A stretch of 62,155 bases of DNA, the filler included, from Globobulimina sp. (Eukaryota), in assembly GCA_003354225.1 (NCBI GenBank). It is 21 parts of 21 records of this genome, joined end to end, with 100 filler letters (N's around TTAATTAATTAA, not from the genome) between each part and the next. Parts side by side here need not be neighbours in the genome. Positions count along the whole stretch, not along the records: positions 1 to 2,869 come from PIVH01004565.1; positions 2,970 to 5,837 come from PIVH01004566.1; positions 5,938 to 8,804 come from PIVH01004567.1; positions 8,905 to 11,770 come from PIVH01004568.1; 17 more parts are not named here. One strand, given 5' to 3'. Positions 1 to 8,993 of this stretch are shown piece after piece. How positions within the stretch are numbered: position 1 is the first letter of the stretch; the number at the start of each line of letters is the position of its first letter. A model generated the notes under the pieces. The model saw nothing but the letters and a program-made list of their open reading frames with translations. It was not told the origin of the DNA and did not search any database. The translations under genes and the position numbers were made by a program.

Positions 1-2
1 CG

Positions 3-1442
3 TGTACCTATTTGGATAACTTTGTTAAGGGAAAAGAAATTCGCTCCAAAATAACAACCAATACAGACCCGTTTATCAATGCCACTTTAATTGATTTTTA
101 TGGTAATTTTGGATCAATATTCACAGCAAAAAAGATATTTGATTACATACCAGAAACTAAGAAAGATGTGGCAATGATTGGAGCGATGATGGATGCTTTT
201 TGTAAATCAAATATGAATTTTGAATGTTTGCACTTATTTAAAAAATATGACAAATACAAACCAGATTTGATTTGCTATACAATTGCGTTGAAAGCTTGCA
301 CGCAAGGAACAGCATATCATTTTGGAATGGAATTGCATGAAAAAATAAAAAATACTAAAAGTTTACAATGGATGTTATGCAAAGCAGAAATTGAGGCAGG
401 TTTTATCAATTTTTATGGTAAATGTGGTGAGTTAGAAACGTGTGAAAAGATATTCAATTCGAGTCAGAATAAGAAAGATATTTTGTTATACAATGCATTG
501 ATTAATGTGTACGGCAAAAATGGAAATTGCAACCGATCAAAGGAATTATTATTTGAATGTTTAAAAAGTGGCACCATGCCAGACATCCATACATATATTT
601 TTTTGATAAACGCGTGCAATCATTCAGGAGATATTAAAGATGCAACAATAATTTGGCAACAAGCTATTACTGATTTGGATATTAAATATAACCGATATGT
701 GATGACAGCTTTAATTGATTGTTTGTCACGTTCTGGTGAATGTATTCGAGCAAAAGAATTAATAAATGAATATGAAGAATATTCAAATGCTTCGTATCAT
801 TATCCAATGTATATGGCATTGTTAAGTGGCTATTGCAGGAGCAATGACATTGTAATGGCAGAAGAGGTATATAATAAAATGAGCGATATATTTAAAGATA
901 ATATTAAAGGTCTCAAGGCAGCTTCGATTTTATTATCAAATATTTATGGCGCAAACTCAGAGTTTGATAAAAAGAGAGAAATAAGAAATAATGTGGGTTA
1001 TAAAGGATTTGTCAATATATCGGAGATAGATATCAATGGAAATGGAGATGTTTTCAGATTTCGAGCAGGTATTGGATATCGAGAGTATGATTATGCAAAA
1101 GGTGTTGATGGAAAGTTGGAGGAATTGGTAAGTTTATTGAAGGAGAACTATGCGTTTCAACATGATTATAACTGTGTTACTCGAGAGTTGAATGTTGATA
1201 TTAATGAAACAAAAGAGTTTGTATTGTGTAGACACAGTGAGAAAATTGCATTGGTGTTTGGATTGTTAAATACCTCCGAAGAGTATCAAATTGTTATCAA
1301 TAGAAATGCGCGGATATGTAATGATTGTCATAATTTTATAAGACTTGTATCAAAATTGGAAAATAGAAAGTTTATTGTGTCTGATCCAAACAGAGTGCAT
1401 GTCTTCGTGAATGGCGTATGTAATTGCAATGAATATTACTGA
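3..1442 (+). CDS. PPR-E-DYW pentatricopeptide repeat protein with cytidine-deaminase (DYW) domain, 5' partial
   Basis: Tandem PPR motifs (LLYNALINVYGKNG, FINFYGKCGELETCEKIF), an E-like motif (ASILLSNIYG), a degenerate PG-box region (SEIDING..VFRFRAG), the zinc motif HSEK...CNDCH, and the C-terminus HVFVNGVCNCNEYY. Confidence 0.93.
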   Translation, partial: CTYLDNFVKGKEIRSKITTNTDPFINATLIDFYGNFGSIFTAKKIFDYIPETKKDVAMIGAMMDAFCKSNMNFECLHLFKKYDKYKPDLICYTIALKACTQGTAYHFGMELHEKIKNTKSLQWMLCKAEIEAGFINFYGKCGELETCEKIFNSSQNKKDILLYNALINVYGKNGNCNRSKELLFECLKSGTMPDIHTYIFLINACNHSGDIKDATIIWQQAITDLDIKYNRYVMTALIDCLSRSGECIRAKELINEYEEYSNASYHYPMYMALLSGYCRSNDIVMAEEVYNKMSDIFKDNIKGLKAASILLSNIYGANSEFDKKREIRNNVGYKGFVNISEIDINGNGDVFRFRAGIGYREYDYAKGVDGKLEELVSLLKENYAFQHDYNCVTRELNVDINETKEFVLCRHSEKIALVFGLLNTSEEYQIVINRNARICNDCHNFIRLVSKLENRKFIVSDPNRVHVFVNGVCNCNEYY

Positions 1443-1665
1443 TTGGGAAATCCAGATTGTTGCTACTTTAAAAAACTACTATTTTCGACTGAACTACCAT
1501 GGGCAATCAGTTACGTAAATATGCTGCACTTTATCATTACAACATACAGTGTAACTAAACCCATTCAGACATGAAGCGGTCAAATCTTATGCTAGTCCTA
1601 ATCGACAAACAACAAAGCTTTCAAAAATATTAAAATCAACGTGCAAGAAAATATATTCCGGTCGT

Positions 1666-2489
1666 ATGAGAAATTCAGGTAGAAAACGTGTGATATTTGT
1701 TAGCTTGATTGGGGCATTTAATTGTTGGGAAAACATTCCTTCTGAAACGTTGCACAATTCTCTATTCTTAGTCCCATTAAAACAAGAATGGCTTTATCAG
1801 CCATTCAAATACATGAATGAATTACGATCGGTTTTTATCTCCAAACTTACAATGTTTTCAGGTTTGTTTTGTCGATATCGATGTTAATTACATATATTAA
1901 TTTGTGTTAATTGTATACAGATATCGAGAAAACGCAACGATTTTTTGAAATGATAGCATGGAAAGATTCGCAAGGTTTAGTTTTTTGGGTAGCGGATTAT
2001 TTTGATATGGACCAACAACCAATGTACTTATCTGAACACGAAAGCTTTCCGCATCACTCTGATATTAATCCGTTGATTGCCTCTTTTTGGTATCATCTGA
2101 GCCAAAAAATAGCGAGTTTACGAGATACGCGTTCAAGGAAGAAATATAAGCCACTCATTTTAAATACAGATTGGTGGAGAGATAAGAAAAAGTTTGTGAG
2201 TAAATTTGATGTGAAATCGCCAGCAATATTGTGTGAATTATATTTTTTAACCATGAAATATCGCAATGTTCAGGAAATAATCACGCAGTCAAATCCTACT
2301 TTAAATGCAGTCATTATGTATGGCAATGACATTAACCATCCAATGAGAGTAACCAGCGATAAATGTATATGCCATTTATATGATGACGACGAACAACATG
2401 ATGATGGCCAAACGAGTTCAGTCGAAACAGACATTGCTGAAGAAAGTATTTGGTTCATTTCAGATGATTATGATCCAAATGATTCATAA
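1666..2489 (+). CDS. Hypothetical protein, two exons
   Basis: ORFs 1666-1887 and 1911-2489 join in frame through a GT-AG intron at 1862-1920. No recognisable domain; the start is uncertain. Confidence 0.5.
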
Positions 2490-2869
2490 ATAATTCATAA
2501 ATAATAAGAAATTAATACTCATGAAAGGATTGGATATTTTGCATTTTTTTTGATCCTTTTGTTAATTTGTTTTTGTGTTTTCATCCCTTAGCTTTTGTTT
2601 TTTTTTTTTGTTTTCCTTTAAATTACGTTTTCTTTCCAATCAATCAATGTTTGACGCAGTGTTGTATATATTACATTGATTTGATTCGATTGATGTTATT
2701 AATAATTGTTTGTGTTTCCTTTATTGTTGTTTTGTGTTCAAATGTTAATTAATTTAAATGGTGACTTTTAAATTTTAAATCCTTTGAAAAATAGTAATGT
2801 CAGCACCTGTGATTTTTGTATATTTGTGTGTTTTGTGTCTTTGTTTGTGGTCTGTGTTTGTCGTCAATG

Positions 2870-2969
2870 NNNNNNNNNNNNNNNNNNNNNNNNNNNNNNN
2901 NNNNNNNNNNNNNTTAATTAATTAANNNNNNNNNNNNNNNNNNNNNNNNNNNNNNNNNNNNNNNNNNNN
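2870..2969. other. Artificial contig linker (N44-TTAATTAATTAA-N44), first of 20
   Basis: Identical 100-bp linkers start at 2870, 5838, 8805, 11771, 14737, 17703, 20668, 23633, 26597, 29561, 32525, 35489, 38453, 41416, 44379, 47342, 50305, 53268, 56231 and 59194. The core has stops in all six frames, and contig lengths fall from 2869 to 2862 bp. Confidence 0.99.
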
Positions 2970-3258
2970 CGGGCAAATATACCCATTATCATTTTTTGAA
3001 AGTTACAAATATATAGGACCAAGAACGAAGAAGATAGAAAAATGCTCATATTAGTCATCTATACTGACAAATCTCAAAACAAGTTCCATGTGAATTACAG
3101 ACAAAAACGATAAACAAATTGAAGAAACAAAACAGAAAATTATCGCTTTATTTGCCAAAACAACCAAAATATTAGAAAATAAACAAAATACTTTATTAAA
3201 ACAGTTAAAACATTTTGAAAATAACGACCAAAAACAGCATGAAGACACGAAAGAAAAT

Positions 3259-4473
3259 ATGATTATTAATGAAGCCATGGCAAAATTAAAGGAAATACGT
3301 TTATATATCGAGGATAATTTACAAATATGGAAAAATAAAATTTTTAATGATATAAATGATCGAAGTAAACGAAAAACTGATATTATAAATATTGGTAATA
3401 AAACAAAAGAAAAATATGAAAAAATAGAAGCTGAATTAACGAGACATATTGAAGCATTGCAACAAATAATTGCTGAAAATAAATCATATGTTGCTAATAT
3501 TGATTATAAATATAACCATGATCATTATAATAAATTATTGTCACACATTAATAATTTAGGAGAGATTGCTGGTGATATAATCGACGAAAAATATGAAATT
3601 AAAGTTGAAGCGGAAGAGGAAGATAATAAAATTACAGATTCAATGGAAGAATATTTACGGTTAACTGTGTCAGCGATGAAAATAAATTATCCAGAAATAA
3701 AAGTGACATCAGAAGAATTAATCGATATTGTTAAAAATAAAGCATTTTACGAAGTATATGATTGTTTGAATGCTTATATGATGCAACGAAGTGAATTCGA
3801 AGTTAATGATGAGGTCGAAATGATTGGTCCGAATGAGAGGATATCTTTAGGCAAATATATAAACTTTAAAATGATTAATGTGTTATTGCTTTTATATTGG
3901 TATATTGATAGAGAATTATGGTCAAATGCTCCTTTTACAAACGAAAAAAGCCCGTTGCGTGATGATGAGTGGATTGTATGGAGTGCTGTGTGTTCATCTC
4001 CATTATTTTTAATGATGATTCATATGTATCTGGTCAATTTATGCAGTATCACAACGATACGTTGTAAATTGCAAAGTCTTTTTTGCAAAAATGCACGAAT
4101 GTTGATTTCATTGATTGCCAATGTGTATTTAATGGGATGGTATGGAGTTGCTGCGATTGTGCGCCACTGTATGTATAATTATGTAGATCATGCTATGGAT
4201 GTAAATTTGAAGGTAATGTATTGTTTATATTTGTCAGAGTTACTATTTGTTGTCATGTATATTAAAATGAAAAATTCATATCGGACAAGAGTGTGGTTAT
4301 TTATTTTGAGTTTGCTGATTGGATTTAAAATTATTTCTCGTCAAGGAAACATATTTGACTGCAGCAATATATGGACATGGAAATCATATCTATTTGTTTT
4401 ATTATCTCCTCAATGCTTGATGTATGTGGAATGTATCTGGTTTAACAGTCATATCAAACAAAAACTTATGTAA
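3259..4473 (+). CDS. Hypothetical coiled-coil protein with a C-terminal multi-pass membrane region
   Basis: 404-aa ORF with a charged helical N-half and several hydrophobic segments in the C-half. The frame is open upstream to a TGA at 3091. Confidence 0.55.
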   Translation: MIINEAMAKLKEIRLYIEDNLQIWKNKIFNDINDRSKRKTDIINIGNKTKEKYEKIEAELTRHIEALQQIIAENKSYVANIDYKYNHDHYNKLLSHINNLGEIAGDIIDEKYEIKVEAEEEDNKITDSMEEYLRLTVSAMKINYPEIKVTSEELIDIVKNKAFYEVYDCLNAYMMQRSEFEVNDEVEMIGPNERISLGKYINFKMINVLLLLYWYIDRELWSNAPFTNEKSPLRDDEWIVWSAVCSSPLFLMMIHMYLVNLCSITTIRCKLQSLFCKNARMLISLIANVYLMGWYGVAAIVRHCMYNYVDHAMDVNLKVMYCLYLSELLFVVMYIKMKNSYRTRVWLFILSLLIGFKIISRQGNIFDCSNIWTWKSYLFVLLSPQCLMYVECIWFNSHIKQKLM

Positions 4474-4605
4474 TACACAATGTAATAATTGTAATATTGG
4501 AAAATGGAGTGAAATATGTTCTGATAATGTTTGAATTTCTCTGTTTTCATCTAATCTAAGTAACGTTTTCGAGTGTTTCTGCATTCTAGTCCCGATCCTA
4601 CCAAA

Positions 4606-5837
4606 ATGGAAGAATATTTTGATTTGATTGGTGACAATATCACTCTCGACAAAAATAAAACACTAATTACAAATAATTACAACGCATGGATTGGTGACTC
4701 GTGGAACAGTGTTTATGGTGTAACGATAATATCTGGCACTACAAACCAAACATATCAAGCAAAGTTTAAAATCATTACAAAAAATACATCGACCTCAGCA
4801 ATTAATATTGGCATAGAATGTGATCAATGGAACAATTTAAACACGAATTTTACGGATAAATATAGTAATCCAGATGGTGAATATTATGCATATTGTTCCA
4901 ATGGTAAGAAATATTCCAATAAAGAAGAATGTCAATATGGCAAATCTTTTAGCGATTCATATGGAAATAATGATGTAATTCAGATGAAATTGCAATTTAT
5001 TGTTGGTGTTGATTATGGACTGTTATATTTCAAAAAAAATGATTTAAAATGGCAAGATACGCATTTTAAAATCAAGAAAACAAAAAAAATAAAAATCGCA
5101 GTGAGTTTACGGAGTGCTTCGTATTTTGATGGAGGACAATCATCATTGCAATTAATCTCATTTTCACACTCCGATAAAGACTAAAATGAAAACGAATTTA
5201 GTGATGAAAAAAGCGATAATAAAACACCAATAATTGCCATAAATAATAATGAATGCGATTCATCGGAACAGGTATTTTTAATAATTTATTATTTTTATTC
5301 CATATACATATTTTACCAATATTTAGAGTGATATTATTCGATTAAAGATGCAAATATCAGCAATGAAAGAACAATTAAATACAAAACATGGAAAATATGT
5401 ATCTTTGGAAAAAGCAAACCATTTATTACGTGATGAAAGAGATAAAATACAAAATAATTTGCAAGGAAAACAGAAAATGATTAATGATTTAACTCAACAG
5501 CTTACACACTATAAAAAGGTAAGTGTTTCCATGCGAGTTTGCGAATAAACTAAATAACAAATAACATATATATAGAATTTAGGTGATGAAAAAAAAGGCG
5601 ATGATGATATTAAGAATGATTTGAAATATTTGGAGGAGAAACTGAACGAATTTAATGTAAATTATGATAAACATAAAGTGCTTAAAATATATAATAATTC
5701 ACCAGATTTATTGATGGTAAATGTAGAAATAAATGCATTAGATTTGAGATTACGATCTTTTAATAAATATCTGATGGATATTAAATCCTATATTAATACC
5801 TTAACATATCCCGATGTCGCAAAATATAGAGAGTGGA
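4606..5837 (+). pseudogene. SPRY/B30.2-like domain plus coiled-coil gene with one in-frame TAA (3' partial)
   Basis: SPRY-like motifs (INIGI, YAYCSNGKKY, NDVIQMKL, LYFKKN). After the TAA at 5182-5184 the frame stays open and splices in frame through introns at 5272-5326 and 5519-5575. Confidence 0.7.
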
Positions 5838-5937
5838 NNNNNNNNNNNNNNNNNNNNNNNNNNNNNNNNNNNNNNNNNNNNTTAATTAATTAANNNNNNN
5901 NNNNNNNNNNNNNNNNNNNNNNNNNNNNNNNNNNNNN

Positions 5938-7141
5938 AGCAAAAACATCAATTGAACACATTCAAAATAGATTGAGTATAATTCGCAGCAATTTGACTAA
6001 AAAAAATAGCACAAATAATGATGAGAATAATAATACGAATAACAGCCAGAAAGTGGAGCAGTTATATGATAAATTTGAAAATAATTATAAGACATTTATG
6101 AGTAATATACAGCAACAGAAAGAAGAAGAAATGTACCCCGCATTCCTTAATAATCAGAATGAGAATGGCAATGACAATGACAATGACAATGAGGTTGCAA
6201 TTAAATCATTATCCGATTTATTAAAAGATGACGCATTGGGTTTAAACACATTGGATCAAGAAAAAAAGGATAATGTACTCGTCGATAATGATAATATTAT
6301 CAGACAAAAAAAGCATGAAAGGGCAATGTCTATGATACCATCGCTATTACACAGATCACAAACATATAAACATAATAATAATAATATAGACAATGCGTAC
6401 GGACATAATCGAGCAATGCCATCAATGCCAAGTTTTTTATCCAAATTACATAATGATAATCAATTAAAAAATATTATATCAAATGTATTCATTCAAACTC
6501 AAACTCAAACTCAGCTCAATTGTAATAATAATAATAATAAGCATAGTAATGAAAATATTGACAAATTGCGTGACAAAATCCAAAATTTAGAATGCGGTGT
6601 TCGAAAATATCAGAATATAATGATAGAAAATTCAAAAACAGTGTCAATTTTAAAAAAAACAATACATAAAATTGAGATTGAAAAAGAGGAGGCCACAAAA
6701 AAAATAATTGAATTAAAGGATGATACAGAAATTGAAAAATTAAAAAATAAAAATGGTGAATTAAAATCATTGGCAGACGCATTGGCAATAAATTTAGCGC
6801 GAAAAGAACAATCATTGGAAGAAGCGCTTCAAGCCATCCATTCTTTGAATGAAACAAAGAAAGAAATTACAATCAATTACAACAACAACAACAAGAAGAA
6901 GAACAAGAACAAGAAGAAGAAGAAAAAGGAAAAGGAAAAGGAAAAGGAAATAATCAAAAAAGAAGCTTTAACTGATGCCGATATATTGTCATTGTCGCAT
7001 TCAAATGTTCAAATTGAATATGAATCGGATGATGACAATAATAATAATGTGTCATTCAGAAAAGGAATTGCAAAAAGATTACGATCATTATCCAATTCAT
7101 TGACTCAAATAAATAATTTAGATGCAAAATTACTGAAATAA
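5938..7141 (+). CDS. Low-complexity N/K-rich coiled-coil protein, 5' partial
   Basis: 389-aa ORF near the contig edge with a heptad-like central region and poly-N/poly-K tracts. Confidence 0.6.
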
Positions 7142-7587
7142 TATTAATTCAATTGTATTAAATAATAAAATCTTCTTTAAATAGATGCTTTGCTTTGCTT
7201 CAAACAAATTACTATTTATAAATCAATCTCGGTTCACGTTTGTTGGAAACGTAAGAGAAATATCTATCTGAATATATAGTTATTAATAAGTGAAAAACCC
7301 ATAGAAGATATTACAAAATCCTCCGCTTTTCCCAGCAAACCGCGAGCTTCTTTCATCGGGAAATATGGATCCCCAGACAGCCACAATTAGGGCTTTCCGA
7401 TATGTACTGCAACTTTCCCGCTGTTTGAAAAGTTTTTTCTTTTTTTCATGATCTTATCGAACACCGTGGCACTGGCAATAGGGCTTTCCGATTAGAAAAG
7501 TCAGTGCCATGCCAAAACGAAAAGGAAACACACCTGAAGCTGATTGGATAGATCCACCATCAAAACAACAACAACACAAAACATTAA

Positions 7588-7656
7588 GTATCGCTTAGCT
7601 CAATAAGAGCACTGGATATGTCCAGAAGATTCAGGTTCAAATCCTGAGGCATCCCA
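7588..7656 (+). pseudogene. tRNA-derived element or tRNA pseudogene lacking a normal anticodon loop
   Basis: D arm TA-GCTC-AATAA-GAGC; anticodon stem CTGGA/TCCAG with only a 4-nt loop (TATG); variable loop AAGAT; perfect T arm TCAGG-TTCAAAT-CCTGA; imperfect acceptor stem. Confidence 0.65.
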
Positions 7657-8557
7657 AACAGCAAAACCAATCAGAAAGAATCAATTGGAAACAAACTACA
7701 TGGATTAAATAATAAATACAAACAAATGAAGAATATGATTTGGATTTGGATTTGGATGCATATGATGAAATATAATAATAATAAATAAATATTTGAATTA
7801 TTTTGGATAAGAAATGTAGAAAATAAATGAAATTAAATATGAGTGAATTAAATTGAGTTGAATTGTATAAAATAAATTAAATTATATTAAATTAATTGAA
7901 GGATAAAAAAAAGAAAAAGGATATGTATGATGACGTAATGCATTACCATGAGAATGAAAATGACAAACATAACTTTTTTATTATAATTTTTTTTGTTTGT
8001 TGTTGACTATTCTAATTATTGTTAATCTGACAATTTACTGTCAGATCTTACAGAAACAGTACAGAAACTATTTTAATTATCCTTGCACAGAAACAGTATT
8101 TTTTATCCAGTTAAATAAACAAACCAAATAAAATCACATAACAAACAAACAAACACGATCAGCATCACAATCCTCAAGCATGTTATTTTTTATTTCCCAT
8201 CCAAATATATATTTTATTTATTTTTTCCTTTCAATCACCCCCTCAATTCAATCCATGATCCATTCAAATTCCATTTAATTCAATTCAATTCAAATCAATT
8301 AAATCTATTCAATTCAATATGTAATGTAATGTAATAAATTTAACGTCGACACAACAAATAACACAAAACAAAAATAAAATTAACAGATTAAAATTATATA
8401 TAAACAGATTGGGTGACAGCATATAAAAATGCTCAACAAAAGAATTAAAGAAACAGAAAAGATAAATAATTATAATATCTGGTACAATGTGATTATATCC
8501 GGACGATAACAATCCTGGCAATATATGTCTTTTTATTCTCTTCATTCTTTCAATTTG

Positions 8558-8625
8558 TTTGAACCTGAATCATCTGGACATCATCCATTCATTAACACCA
8601 ATGCTCTTCTTGAGCTAAACGATAC
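8558..8625 (-). pseudogene. Second, inverted and truncated copy of the tRNA-like element
   Basis: The reverse complement GTATCGTTTAGCTCAAGAAGAGCATTGG...ATGTCCAGATGATTCAGGTTCAAA aligns with 7588-7641. It has extra bases in the anticodon loop and lacks the 3' T-stem strand. Confidence 0.6.
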
Positions 8626-8993
8626 TATAGGATCCATTGACATTTCGCTTTGGCATATGAACCGAGTTATTTTTTTTTGTTAGGTGTTCAACATAGCATA
8701 CAGTAGTGTTCCCGATAAGAGATACGCATATGATTAGCTAATATATATGATTAGTGCTAATATATAGCTAATATATTGATCATATATATATTACCCAGCG
8801 AAGANNNNNNNNNNNNNNNNNNNNNNNNNNNNNNNNNNNNNNNNNNNNTTAATTAATTAANNNNNNNNNNNNNNNNNNNNNNNNNNNNNNNNNNNNNNNN
8901 NNNNAGGTTCTGAAAGAAAAGGGATCGAAGACATGATTTTGCAATAAACAGTCTTTTTAAAAAAAAGTCACACTGTGCGAATGGACGCAAAAC

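Noticed and set aside
3-1442. The DYW protein repairing the nuclear premature TAA codons by U-to-C editing
   Set aside because: No supporting evidence. The HSEK site is the canonical C-to-U type, known DYW targets are organellar, and several lesions are indels that base editing cannot fix.
7588-7656. Functional tRNA gene
   Set aside because: The anticodon loop is only 4 nt, the D loop lacks GG and the acceptor stem is mismatched. Reported as tRNA-derived instead.
8699-8804. Tc1/pogo-like terminus TA-CAGTAGTGTTCCCGATAAG with short ATTAGCTAATAT repeats
   Set aside because: Only one possible end, at the contig edge, with no partner inverted repeat or transposase.
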